In this document: positions 9,629-20,400 of the stretch, one piece after another | Layout: each line of letters opens with the position of its first letter | How positions within the stretch are numbered: the first letter of the stretch is position 1 | From: a virus | Length of the DNA: 64,000 bases | Direction: 5' to 3' (one strand) | Virus record (IMG/VR): IMGVR_UViG_3300037311_000293 | Program-made: the position numbers and the translations under genes | Notes under the pieces: model-generated | The model's database searches: none | Told to the model about the DNA's origin: nothing | Seen by the model: only the letters and a program-made list of their open reading frames with translations

Positions 9629-9631
9629 AGG

Positions 9632-10189
9632 TCACACCCGAGTTTTCAGGGTGTTGGCTACGCTGAGTCGAGGATTGATCACGTGACGACTTGCTGCCGG
9701 TCCCGGAGGCTTCAGGAAGTTCTGAGACGCCATGCCGCGGAACTTCCCCACACTCTGTGCCGCAGATCGAACCTGGCCCGGCCCCGGTAGGGCATAGGCG
9801 AGCTTGGAGAAGAGCTCGGCAAGCGCGCTCTCCTTCTCGCGCTGGTAGGTATCGAACACGTTCTTCTGCGTGCCGGGTTGCTCGACCTGATCTCCGAAGG
9901 CCTTCTTGAAGTCCTTGAGGATCCTGCGTCTCCGAAGAAAGGAAGCCACGCCCGCTTTCTTGTCTCGCTCACGCTTCTCCTTGAGCTTCTCGGGATGATC
10001 CCGGAAGTATTGCATGTCCCCGCTTGCCTTCTTGGACAGCAGAGTGGGCTTGCCTTTCTCCGCAGGCGCGCGTTCGGGCAGTCGAGCGAAGTCGGTCTTC
10101 TTCGCCCACTCCTTGGCCTTGGTCTTCGAGATGCCCGGGATGTGACCGCCGAAGGCCGCGCGCTGCTGGCGTTTGGATTCGAAGGGCAT
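9632..10189 (-). CDS. Basic hypothetical protein, possibly virion internal
   Basis: 185 aa Lys/Arg-rich, starting MPFESKRQQR, with several KxA motifs. Confidence 0.7.
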   Translation of the reverse strand: MPFESKRQQRAAFGGHIPGISKTKAKEWAKKTDFARLPERAPAEKGKPTLLSKKASGDMQYFRDHPEKLKEKRERDKKAGVASFLRRRRILKDFKKAFGDQVEQPGTQKNVFDTYQREKESALAELFSKLAYALPGPGQVRSAAQSVGKFRGMASQNFLKPPGPAASRHVINPRLSVANTLKTRV

Positions 10190-10782
10190 CAGATCTCCTC
10201 CGCGGGCCGTGGGTCATACTGCCAGGCGTCCTGGGGCCTGCGGCGCGGGATGCCGCGGCTCTGCGGCGCCGGCTCGACGCCGGCTTGCTTCTTGTGCTGC
10301 TCGATGAAGGTGTTGACGGTGCGCTTCGCCCGGCCGAGCTCCACGCCTTCTCGCGATGCCTGAATGACACCACCACCAAGAGCGCCTCGGGCGACATCGC
10401 GGGCGATGGAGGGCTTGGTGAACGTCTTCTTGACGGCGTCCACAGCACCTCGTCTGACGCCCTTGGTCGCTGCGGCCTCGGCAAAGTTGCCGCCAAGCGT
10501 CACCACGGGCGCCAAGGCCCCGCCAATGGCAGCCGTAGCGCCGTAGCGCCGTGCTCGGCCCTTGCTGCCGTAAGTCAGCTTCTTCGCGGCCTCGAGAGCT
10601 TCTTCTTCGTCGACAGCACGTTTCACCTCCTCTACGAAGGCGGACATTTTGGTCGACTCGATCAAGCGTTGAAGCCCGATCGAAGGCGACCCCTTGCGGG
10701 TCTTGCCGAGCCCGCGGCTGAGTGTCTTGGATACTCGGTGCAGCACGTGCGGAGTGTACGACGACCGCCGTGTTCTAGCCAA
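10189..10782 (-). CDS. Basic hypothetical protein
   Basis: 197 aa, TTG start after GGAG, Gly/Ala-rich helices. Confidence 0.65.
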   Translation of the reverse strand: MARTRRSSYTPHVLHRVSKTLSRGLGKTRKGSPSIGLQRLIESTKMSAFVEEVKRAVDEEEALEAAKKLTYGSKGRARRYGATAAIGGALAPVVTLGGNFAEAAATKGVRRGAVDAVKKTFTKPSIARDVARGALGGGVIQASREGVELGRAKRTVNTFIEQHKKQAGVEPAPQSRGIPRRRPQDAWQYDPRPAEEI

Positions 10783-13700
10783 GGACTCCGCAGGAAGATC
10801 CCAAGGAGTACAAGTACTTCAACACGGCGATGCGCTTCTCCCGCCGGGTATCGAGGCGAGCTGAGATGTTGGCGTCGCGGTCTTCTCGGCTGCCATCACC
10901 CGTTTCGTCGGGGTCTCGTGTCGTAAGACCCAGGATGGTTTGGGGACGGCTGCCGTCGGTGTTGCTGACGAGTTGACGGAGATCGTCGAAGTCTCCGAAG
11001 GCTCTGCTGTGGAAGCCCTCGCGCCCGCGTACCACCTCGCCGTCATCATTGATCTTGAGATTCGCGGTACCGAAAAGGTCCACCATGGAAGCGATCGGAC
11101 GCCAGGTGTATGCCTTGATGAAAGCGTGGGTGTCGAAGTTCCGGAGCTTCACCTGACTGTAGGTCCGTACGATCTCTTCTGTAGCCTCGGCAATCGGCGA
11201 TCGGGCACGGATAGAACCAATGACCCCATCGACCTCAGAGGCCTCGCCTGGCGGACCGGCGAGTTCGCCGTCAGACAGATTCGGGCCCGAGCTCCCACCA
11301 GCCGGCGGGCCGGCGTCGGGGCCACCGAGATTCTCTCGGAGAATGTCGCCGAACCGTCGGATGTACTCGAGGGCGAGAGTACGCCGCTGCTGATCCGGGT
11401 CCGGCGGCGTCGTCGCAGCCACAACCTGCGCGGGATCAGTACCGGGCTCCGTGACGTACAACGGATCGGTGATGGCTCCGGTACCGAAGAAGTAGGAGTA
11501 GAGCCCACCGATCTTGTTGGTGCGATAGTGCTCTCCATACCACGGCGGGAACGTGAGATCCTCTGGGGCGAGTTCTACGTCCTCTGTGGTGTAGGCGCCG
11601 ATCTCCTCTACGATCCGATACGCCTTGAAAGTGACCAAGATCTCTCGGTCCGTTGTTGTAGCGGCATCGAAAGCCCCACCGGAACCGACAAGGGCCACGA
11701 CCTCGGGACCGTACGTGGCCGCCGGCTGTTCGACGCCGACACGTACGCGGGTGCCGCGGCGCCGACGACCGGTGAAGCGGCGGTCAGCGATGAACAGCGG
11801 AAGCGTGGTCTGCGAGGATCGCGTATCACCAGGAGACAGTGTGCCCTGCGTCGGTTGTGACCGAGTAGTACGCCGCGGCTGCCGACGCGTGAACTGGTCT
11901 GTGATCTCCTGTACTTCTACGATCTTGCCTCCGTAGTATCCGGTAGATCCGATCTGAGGAGACACGAAGCCCGCAACCTCCGTGGTGCGGCGGACATTAC
12001 GAGTACGGCGAGCCCGGCCTGCCTTCGCAGTGTTGTCGCCGAGGAACTCCGTCTTTTCGTTCGTCGTCCTCGCATACTCCATCTGAACCATCGTGTTGCC
12101 GCCGGCACTGGCATCGAGGGTGTGCGTAATCGCCGCAGGCGTACCGATGTAGTGGGTGTTCGGTCTCCCCGCGATGAGCTCGGACTGCACCTCGGCTACA
12201 CGGGCGTTGTTGGCTTCGCGGATGCGAAGGCGCTCGTCTTCCGGCACAGCACCGAACTCGCCTTCACCCTCTCGAGTGGCTTCGGCAAGACGTGCTGCAA
12301 GAGCGGCATCGTAGGATCCTTCCCGAAGCATGTCTTGGGGAAGGTACTTGTCGATCACCAGTGACGGGAACCCAAGGACGGCGTAGGGGTTGAACTTGCC
12401 GGAGAGCATCAACTGCCGACTGCGGAAGCGGTACTGGAAGAAGATGTGGTTGCAAGCCAACTGGGCATAGCCAACCCGGACACCATTGACGTTGATCGAT
12501 CCGCCACGAAGCGCATGGAGGTTGAGATCACTCATCCGCTCGAACGAAGGGATGATGCCGGTGAAGAGCTCGTGCTCTAGCATGTCGCGAACCACCCACG
12601 CCGGTGCATCGCTCAGATCAGGCGGGTCGACGTTCACACGTCCTCGAGCGGGAGACCGATTCGTGCGTTGCCCCAGCAGTCTCGAGGGCGCCATGTAGAA
12701 GCCGTCGAACAAGATGTCGCTGCCGAAGAACGCGCTGTGGGTGCGCAGCAGCAGACGGGTGACCTCCTGCTGGAAGTTCCGGCTGTAGCTGAACTGGCTG
12801 TAGAGCTCGGGGAAGAAGACGTTGCAGCGCGGCGGCGCCACCATCCAGACATCAGGGCGATAGATCTGAGTGAGCAGACGCGGCGGCGGGTCGGGCTGCG
12901 AAGTCCGGCGCTGGATACGTCGGTTGTGCCGCGAACCGAGAACCTGGTTCATCAGATCGATGACCTGGTCCATCAGGCGGTTGACCTCTGAGGCACTGCG
13001 CGTATCCGGTGGATAGAACGTAGGCGTCGTCGTGTCCGTGCGCTGACCACGACGTGTGGCGTCGAGGAGCTGAGTGAAGTTGTTGCCAGCGACGACGAAG
13101 GCGCGGCTCACCTCGGGGATACCGAAGAAGTCAGCAAGTCTGGTGTAGCGCCCGCCTTGAAGACCGACCTGACGAGCTCGGCGAGCTGCCTGATCACATG
13201 CCCGCGCGAGCTGTCGCATTTCGGACTGCAACCCGCCACGACGGTCACTCTGCCGTCGAGCCGTTCGGCTGTCCGTGCTGGCGGCCTGCCGTTCCTTCAG
13301 CTCTTCCGCGCGCGACTTGAACGTGCGCGCAGCACGGGCGAGAGGACGCGTCTCTTCATCCTCTTCGATTCCAAGAGTCTCGTATCGCGGCAGTGCGGGG
13401 TCGTAGAGCGGCGGAATGTATCTCGGAGCATTGATCGGAATGATCTCGTGAAAGATGTACCGTTGTAGCGCGAGGAGGACCGCGCGGACCGTAACGAGTC
13501 GACCAAGTCCTGCAAGGCTTCGGCGGAACAGACTACCGAAGCCACGGGCCCGTAGTAGACGGAGCTCGTCGCGTTCTGGGAAGGGGTTTGCTCCGACCAT
13601 CTGGGTGAGGTGGAGTCGCATCTCGGCAAGGCTGAAGAAATCATTGACGCCACGTACCGCCCTTCTCCCGAAATAGATCCCACCGATGGCCTCGATGATG

Positions 13701-14344
13701 TGTGTGATCGCCCCAAGGAGGGTGCCCTTGAGCGACGGATACGAACGCGGCGGGGTCTCCATGAGCCGCGTAACGATGTCGGCAGTGCCATCGAGAAAGT
13801 CGTTGAACACCGAAGTTGCTGCGCCTGTGAAAGCTGCGCGGATACCGCCGCCACCAAGGCTGAACCCGCTGACCTGGTATTGATACGCGATGTCCCAGTA
13901 GCTGCTCCAGTCCAAGCACTGGAGGACGATTCCGCGGCTCTGCGGCTGCTTGGAATACGCCAGCCCGACGATCTCACCACCAAAGATCAACTTGTAGTTC
14001 TCGTTCTCGAGGTCTACAAGATCTTGTTCAGGAGACGACTCGAAGCGCTCTGCGGGAAAGATGCCCTCGAGCTCGGGGTCGATACCATCGTCGCGATCGA
14101 CGACGCGCACACCAGGTCCACCAACAGAGACCTGGGCCTCCGGCGGCTCGCCGTTGTAGATGTCGTACATGAAGAGGTGGACCAAGGTGCGTGGCTTCAG
14201 ATCCATTGCGAAGTCGTTCGCCGGGATCTGAATGCTGCAGGCCACTGGCGCGTTCTTCTGCGACTGGATCGTCGCCGAGACCACCGGGACTTCTACGCCC
14301 TCGAGGAACAAACGCAGCTTGAGCCGCTGACCTACACCAGCCAT
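10775..14344 (-). CDS. Large virion protein, putative baseplate hub
   Basis: 1189 aa; N-terminal beta-strand pattern LFLEGVEVPVVSATIQ; lies next to another baseplate-like gene. Confidence 0.55.
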   Translation of the reverse strand: MAGVGQRLKLRLFLEGVEVPVVSATIQSQKNAPVACSIQIPANDFAMDLKPRTLVHLFMYDIYNGEPPEAQVSVGGPGVRVVDRDDGIDPELEGIFPAERFESSPEQDLVDLENENYKLIFGGEIVGLAYSKQPQSRGIVLQCLDWSSYWDIAYQYQVSGFSLGGGGIRAAFTGAATSVFNDFLDGTADIVTRLMETPPRSYPSLKGTLLGAITHIIEAIGGIYFGRRAVRGVNDFFSLAEMRLHLTQMVGANPFPERDELRLLRARGFGSLFRRSLAGLGRLVTVRAVLLALQRYIFHEIIPINAPRYIPPLYDPALPRYETLGIEEDEETRPLARAARTFKSRAEELKERQAASTDSRTARRQSDRRGGLQSEMRQLARACDQAARRARQVGLQGGRYTRLADFFGIPEVSRAFVVAGNNFTQLLDATRRGQRTDTTTPTFYPPDTRSASEVNRLMDQVIDLMNQVLGSRHNRRIQRRTSQPDPPPRLLTQIYRPDVWMVAPPRCNVFFPELYSQFSYSRNFQQEVTRLLLRTHSAFFGSDILFDGFYMAPSRLLGQRTNRSPARGRVNVDPPDLSDAPAWVVRDMLEHELFTGIIPSFERMSDLNLHALRGGSINVNGVRVGYAQLACNHIFFQYRFRSRQLMLSGKFNPYAVLGFPSLVIDKYLPQDMLREGSYDAALAARLAEATREGEGEFGAVPEDERLRIREANNARVAEVQSELIAGRPNTHYIGTPAAITHTLDASAGGNTMVQMEYARTTNEKTEFLGDNTAKAGRARRTRNVRRTTEVAGFVSPQIGSTGYYGGKIVEVQEITDQFTRRQPRRTTRSQPTQGTLSPGDTRSSQTTLPLFIADRRFTGRRRRGTRVRVGVEQPAATYGPEVVALVGSGGAFDAATTTDREILVTFKAYRIVEEIGAYTTEDVELAPEDLTFPPWYGEHYRTNKIGGLYSYFFGTGAITDPLYVTEPGTDPAQVVAATTPPDPDQQRRTLALEYIRRFGDILRENLGGPDAGPPAGGSSGPNLSDGELAGPPGEASEVDGVIGSIRARSPIAEATEEIVRTYSQVKLRNFDTHAFIKAYTWRPIASMVDLFGTANLKINDDGEVVRGREGFHSRAFGDFDDLRQLVSNTDGSRPQTILGLTTRDPDETGDGSREDRDANISARLDTRREKRIAVLKYLYSLGSSCGVLG

Positions 14345-14356
14345 TCCGGAACCCTA
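14345..14356 (-). promoter_or_regulatory. Putative leaderless -10 promoter
   Basis: TAGGGT-N6-ATG, no SD. Confidence 0.5.
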
Positions 14357-14386
14357 GCGTAAAACCAGCTACGAGCGATAGCCCTC

Positions 14387-15568
14387 TCAGGTGATCAAAT
14401 CGATGCCTTCGAGCAGCAGGTTCCCGTCGGCCTGTCGAATACCGAAGGCCCCCATGTACTGCGTTGCTGCGAAGGCTCCGCGGCCAAGCAGCAAATAGCT
14501 GGTCTCGCGGCGTGTGGTGTCGATGCCGTACTTCCTGAGTTCGGCGCGTGCGCGGCGTTCGAGCTCCTCTGGAGTGCGTAGCGACTGCTCGGACTTGATG
14601 CGGGCGATCTCAGCGTCGTCGAACTTCGGCTTCCTGGGATCCCGTACGACGTACTCATCATCCATCGTGTGAATGGGTTGATTGATCGGCGCCGGCTGGA
14701 AGCTCGCTTGGTTCGTCAGCGGCGGCGTATACACCGCAGAACCCAAACCTTCAGGCACCACGATGCGTCGACCGTAGAACGTGTTCTTGATGGTCTCAAG
14801 CGTGTTCTGGATGCTGAAGGTCGCGTTCTGATACAGCGCGCCGGCACTGGCCAAGAAGCCGTTCAGACCACCACTACTGCCCTGCCGTGCGGCCTTCGCC
14901 GCAGTATCAGCGCCGGTCTCCAGCTTCTCGGGCCCGACACCTTGTGATAGCGTCGCCTCCGCTTCCTGCTGAAAAAACACAGATCCAACGGTCGACAAGA
15001 TCGCGTAGTTGCAGACGTACATCACGAACTGGAACGGGATGTGGTAGGGCTTGTCGACCTCTTGGGATGTCGCGGCCTGAACGATGTAGCCCTCGACGAC
15101 GATGTCGTCGAAGTACAGATACAGCCGGGCGTTCTGCTCGACGAGCCGCGTACCGCGGAGGTAGCGCTCGTAGTTCTCCCAGAACTCGGACTTCCAGTTG
15201 AAGTCCTTCGTGTTGAGCAGCAGGCCACTGATGTTGAGGAAGCGCGGGCGCTCGCCGAAGAAGAAGATGTAGTCCTCACCGAAGGTCTCTACGATCTGTT
15301 GCTTCTCGACACGCTGCTCCTGCACTGACTGCAAGATGAAGTTGGCGTAATGCGTGCCCTTGCCGATGCCGGCCTCGACGGTGGGGCTGCTGCTATCGAA
15401 CACCGGAATGGGATCTCCAGTTGCCGATAGCACGCGTAGCACGGCATAGGTGTCCTCCTTGATCGTGATGCCTCGAAGAGGACGGCGAACGTTGATCTGC
15501 GGCTGACGCTCACGCGTCCCCTCGAGCTCGGCGAAGGGATCTGTCGTTACGCTGATGAAGACGGCCAT
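14387..15568 (-). CDS. Putative baseplate/tail-initiation protein
   Basis: 393 aa with QIVETFGEDYIFFFGERPRFLNISG segment; heads the structural operon. Confidence 0.5.
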   Translation of the reverse strand: MAVFISVTTDPFAELEGTRERQPQINVRRPLRGITIKEDTYAVLRVLSATGDPIPVFDSSSPTVEAGIGKGTHYANFILQSVQEQRVEKQQIVETFGEDYIFFFGERPRFLNISGLLLNTKDFNWKSEFWENYERYLRGTRLVEQNARLYLYFDDIVVEGYIVQAATSQEVDKPYHIPFQFVMYVCNYAILSTVGSVFFQQEAEATLSQGVGPEKLETGADTAAKAARQGSSGGLNGFLASAGALYQNATFSIQNTLETIKNTFYGRRIVVPEGLGSAVYTPPLTNQASFQPAPINQPIHTMDDEYVVRDPRKPKFDDAEIARIKSEQSLRTPEELERRARAELRKYGIDTTRRETSYLLLGRGAFAATQYMGAFGIRQADGNLLLEGIDLIT

Positions 15569-15583
15569 GGAAATAGCCTATCA
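15569..15583 (-). promoter_or_regulatory. Putative leaderless extended -10 promoter
   Basis: TGa-TAGGCT-N6-ATG. Confidence 0.55.
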
Positions 15584-15602
15584 GCGAGCGAAGAAGACCA
15601 CC

Positions 15603-16334
15603 ATGCCGAAGCATCCCGAAAACCACAGGAAGCACTGGTCCGAGACCGACGACGACTATCTCCAGTACTACTGGGGCGAGCAATCTGTTGTAGCGATCGC
15701 AGCCCACCTCAAGCGTACGCCGTGGAGCGTGCTGATTCGAGGCGCCAAGCACCTCAAACTCGGACCGATGTACCGCGGTAGCTGGTCGCTGCGCGCGCTG
15801 GCTAAGCACAGCGGTTTCAGCATCGAGAAGGTGAACAGCGCGATCAAGAAGCTCGGCATGGTAGTTCGCCGCTCCCACGCCGGTGTCGAGGCCCTGAAGG
15901 GCAAGAAGCGCTCCCGCCGAAGGGCACTGACTGATGACCAAGTCGATACGTTGATCAACTACATGCTTGAGCATCCACAGATCTATGGCGACGAACCCGG
16001 AGCAAAGCGAACCACCAATGGGGCCTGGGGAGTAGGCACTAAGCCGCCGAGCTGCGTGAAGTGCGACGGTACCGAGCGTCCCCATGAGGCCCGCGGTCTG
16101 TGTACGCGCTGCTACATGGCGCCGTACCGCAAAACCCATGTGAAGAGTTCTGGTCCCCGTGGGGGTGGAAAACGCCTCACCGACGACGAAGTCCGTCAAA
16201 TCCGCCAACTACGCCACGACACCAAGATGCCGCTCGACAAGATTGCGGCCCAGTTCGGCGTCACCAGACAAGCCATCGGTTACATCGTCAACGGCCGCTT
16301 CCGGCTCGACGCCGGAGGGCCCATCGAGGAGTGA
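15603..16334 (+). CDS. DNA-binding protein (Myb-like + Cys/His zinc finger + C-terminal HTH)
   Basis: HWSETDDDYL; CVKC...H...GLCTRCY; LTDDEVRQIR...IAAQFGVTRQAIGYI. Confidence 0.7.
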   Translation: MPKHPENHRKHWSETDDDYLQYYWGEQSVVAIAAHLKRTPWSVLIRGAKHLKLGPMYRGSWSLRALAKHSGFSIEKVNSAIKKLGMVVRRSHAGVEALKGKKRSRRRALTDDQVDTLINYMLEHPQIYGDEPGAKRTTNGAWGVGTKPPSCVKCDGTERPHEARGLCTRCYMAPYRKTHVKSSGPRGGGKRLTDDEVRQIRQLRHDTKMPLDKIAAQFGVTRQAIGYIVNGRFRLDAGGPIEE

Positions 16335-16337
16335 GAG

Positions 16338-17178
16338 ATGCGATACGACATCAAGAGAAAGCAAAACGGATCGGGGGTTCACCGTCATCCAAGACGGCCG
16401 GGCCCTGGGCACCTTCGAGCAGTGGGACGACGCTGTCCTCGGCGTCAGGATCCACGAGTGGTGCCGGAAGGACAAAGTGGATCAGTTTCAAGGACTTTTC
16501 CGCTTCCTGTCGAACTTCTGGGTCTCGGGATCTGGGCACTCCGTCGAACCCCACTACCAGGCGAGCAAAACAACGGATCGCGAACTGCGTCAACAGATTC
16601 TCAGCGCGACACCCGGAGAGGCCAAGAAGCTCGGAAAGAAGCTCAAGATCGACGTACCCGACTGGGAGACCTCGCGCGTCGGCGTCATGGAGTTCCTGCT
16701 TGAGGAAAAGTTCGTCGAGGAGCCTCTGCGCACCTGGTTGCGCTTCACCGGGGATGCCGAGCTCGTGGAAGGCAACAAGTGGGGTGACCGCTTCTGGGGC
16801 GTCGACCTTGCCACCGGTGAAGGGGAGAACACCCTCGGACGCCTTCTCATGGGGATTCGAGAGAAGATCACGAGCGACTGGGTGCTCAATACCTACTGTG
16901 CCGGGGACTACGTCAAGACCCCCTACGGTACGAAGGAATACATCACCGAGATCAAGACGAACCCCGTATGCGTGATGACGGAAGACGGGCCCGGCGAGAT
17001 CGAGAGATCGCTGAGCTGGATCCGTGATTGTGGCCTCGTGGGCTGCCTCCTGCCCAACACCGCAGAGAACGTCTGGGGCGGAAGCCCGACGGTGCTCATC
17101 GAAGCATCGAACGTGTACGTCTCCGACATCCCGGCGTTGACGAGCTTTCTCCAACGCTGGGAAGAGCTCTGGGGCTGA
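16338..17178 (+). CDS. NADAR (YbiA/DUF1768) family protein with extensions; +1 break in the N-terminal part, or GTG start at 16477
   Basis: FRFLSNFW, EHYQ-like PHYQASK, TGDAELVEGNKWGDRFWG and GENTLGRLLM motifs. Confidence 0.85.
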
Positions 17179-17182
17179 GCAC

Positions 17183-17208
17183 AGAGAAGGCGTTGCCTTC
17201 TCTTTTGC
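17183..17208. terminator. Intrinsic terminator between convergent genes
   Basis: AGAGAAGGC-GTT-GCCTTCTCT-TTTGC. Confidence 0.8.
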
Positions 17209-17415
17209 CTAGATGAACAGGTTGGTTCGGATCATGAAGTCTTTGACCTCACGTGGAATCGGCATGGTCAGGTCTTCGCCTGTTGCATAGCGATGAAGCA
17301 CGCTGCGGAACAGGTTGTCGAAGCAGTCCTCGGGCCCGACGGCGTCGTACGCCTTCACCGTCACCGAACGCTGTCCGACCTGAAATGTGAGCTCGATCTC
17401 CTGTCGCGTAGTCAT
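17209..17415 (-). CDS. Hypothetical protein
   Basis: 68 aa, ATGA overlap with the tape measure stop. Confidence 0.6.
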   Translation of the reverse strand: MTTRQEIELTFQVGQRSVTVKAYDAVGPEDCFDNLFRSVLHRYATGEDLTMPIPREVKDFMIRTNLFI

Positions 17416-20400
17416 GCGGGTTCTCCAGGTGCCTGACCTTCAGGCTTCTGTCCGCTACGGATGGCGTCGCGGATCTGAGTGAGTAGATCGTTACGTTGGG
17501 TGTCCAACGGGTTCTGTGCGCGCTGGGCCTGTTCGAGCCCGCGCTCCCGGATGGCCCGGAGCTTGGCACCGGCTTCGCCGGTCTCGGTCAGTCGGATGAG
17601 CTCGTCGGCGTTGTCGATGCCACGGCCTCGACCAGAGACGCCCATGGTCAGGGACTGCACCAAGTTGCCGGCATCGCCTTCGCTGAGACCCTGGGCCTCG
17701 AGTTGGGCCTGGAGCTGTTGCTGGACGTCGGCGGCACCGCGACCACCACGGCTGAGAGCGCCACTGAGAACACGATGGATGTCACGACGCGACCCGTCGA
17801 TCTCGCGGCCATTGATGTTGAACGACATGCTGCCAATCGACCCACCGGTGACCATTCCGAAAGCGGTCTCGATGGCCTGATCTCTGCCGCGGCGTCCGCG
17901 GCCCGAGAGCGCTCGACGTAGCTGCCGTTCCTGCGCCACACCAGCAAGGATTCCTGTACCGCCTTCACGCTGGGAGATTGCACGTGCCATCTGGCGGTAC
18001 TCATCGGACATCGGATCCATACGAGCGAGCTCGGAGCGCGCCTGTGCCATGGTGTCGTTGGCACTCTGAAGGTTGTCTTCTCGGTCACCCTCGGAGCTCG
18101 TCATCAAGTCACCGGCACGAGTGAACAACGCGGCAACACCGGAACCTCCGCCGACATCGGAAAGACCGCGGCCCAAGCTGCGGAGCTGCGCGCCTTGCTG
18201 ACCGAGCTGCATCTCGAGCTCACGGGCCCGTTGTCGTTGCTCCCGTGTCAGCGCCGGACTGAACTCCCGGCCGACGGAACCGTCGCGCCGAACGTTCTCC
18301 GACATCTGTTCGATCATACTGAGTGCGGCACGCTGCTGTCCCGGATCCTCGAGCATGGCGGCTTGACGACGAAGAAGACCAATCTGATCGTTGAGACCTT
18401 CGCGGTCCCCAGACATGCCCTGCATCGTACGGAGCGCAGAGCTGAACTGCTCGGACTGCATCACGGCAGCGACGCTGCTTTCATCGACGCTGAGGTTCTC
18501 TGCGATGCGTCGGGCGCCGTCGACGCCGCCACCAAGACCAGCGAGCGTGGTGCCCCGCGTCGACCCAGAACGCGAAAGAGCTCGGCCAAGATGACCGCCG
18601 CTCGAGATGAAGGCGAGACGCCGATTGGTGCCTTGGTCTTCCATCGCGTTGAGCGTTGACAGGCCATCCCCGAACAGCGCACCGATGCCCTGGGTCGCCA
18701 AGCGCCCGATGTCACGAGCCACCATGCCGGCGTTGATTCTTCCGCCGCCGCGACCAGCCATCATCATGTCGGCTTCGGAAGGCATGATCCCTCGATTGAC
18801 GAAACCGTTTTGCGCCATAAAGGCATCCGCCGCATTCGCGGAGACGCCACCACCCATGTAGCGGTAGAAGTCTCCGGACTCGCCGGCTTGTAGCTGCGCA
18901 CGTTGGATCATACGAAGAGAAACATCGACGTTGCCGTTGAGGCGCCCAAGCATGTCGGCGTCAGCGCCTGAGACCAGTCCGCGACGTGCATCCATCGCCT
19001 GCTGCACAAGATCCTGCGCCCGCGCCGCGCCCATGCGGCGGAACCCAGAAACTCCCCGAGCTTCCATGGCTTGAGCAACGGTCGGCTGCGAATGAGCACC
19101 GATACCGCCAAGGACTCGTTGAGCAAGAGAAGACTGATCGAACAGTCCTGCGGCTCCGGTACCCGAACTGGCCTCTGCGAGACGGCGGATGTCGTCAGAT
19201 CCTGCGCGACCCAGCATCAGGTTGTTGAGGGACCGGCGATCCTGCTGCGTCACCTGCGATTCCACAGTACCCAGGATGTCGTTCATCGCGCGCTCAGCAA
19301 GCGTGCTGATGCGAGTCATGAACTTGCGACCCATCTCACGCACAGAGGCGACGCCAGTCCCTTCTTCGAGCCCGTGCTGGAGGTGGCGCATGAAGCCGTC
19401 GAAGCTGCGATTCTCCGTGATCTCGCGGCGGACGATACCTTCTCGACGAGACTCTCCGCGACTGAACGCTTCTTCCTGCGCGATGGATCCTTGATTGCGC
19501 ATGAGATTGACCATCATCTCGGACTCCGGGCGGTTCATCCGGAACCGGCGCTGGAGTACAAGACTCGCGAGATCATCGCCTTGGTCGAGAACACGATCAC
19601 CGACCATGAGGCGCATCATGCCGATCTGAGCCGACATGCCGCCTTCCTCCATCAACGCGCCCCGAAGCATGCCTTCGCGGTTCAGAGCCCGGGCACGGCC
19701 CATGCGGTTGACGTTGCGGTGTGCCGTGCGCGACACCTCGCCTGTTGTGAGATCTCCGGCGCGAAAACGCTCCAACATGTCGGCGTCCAGGCCGTTGCCT
19801 TCGTTGTTCGACAACGCGAAGAGGCTGAAACGGCCCATGGCCCTGCGGCTGAACGCGCCGGTGCGCTGCATCATGTTCGTCGTGAATGCCTGAAGAGCTG
19901 CGTCGCCCGTGAGACCGCCCGTGGCCTCGCTGAGGGCTTCCTGGTTCACGACACCGGCCTGAACCGCTGCTCCAAGCTGCTGGACGCCGCGAAGAGCTCC
20001 CATGGCGCCCTGACGACCCACACCACCGTACGCCCGGCTAATCTGGGCGCCTTGAGCCGACAGCGCGATGAGCTGGTTGCGGTCCATGCCGGTGACGGCC
20101 TCGGCGCTTCGCACCTCAGCGGCGAAGTTGACCTGGTCGGCCTGACGAAAGATACCGGCCTGTTGTGATCCTCTGACGAACTGAAGTGCATCGGTGAGAG
20201 TGCCGCCGAGCTCTCGCTGCACCTCTTTGAGGGTGTTCAGCATCTTGCGGAAGTTCTGCGTGAACTGCTGGACGTCGCGGACCCCGCTGAACTGCCCCAT
20301 CTCGGCACCACCAGCGATGAGCTGGTTCATCTCCGAGGTCGAGGTGAACGGGTTGCTACGGACCTCACTGCTGATCATCTGACCGATCTGACCCATCTGG

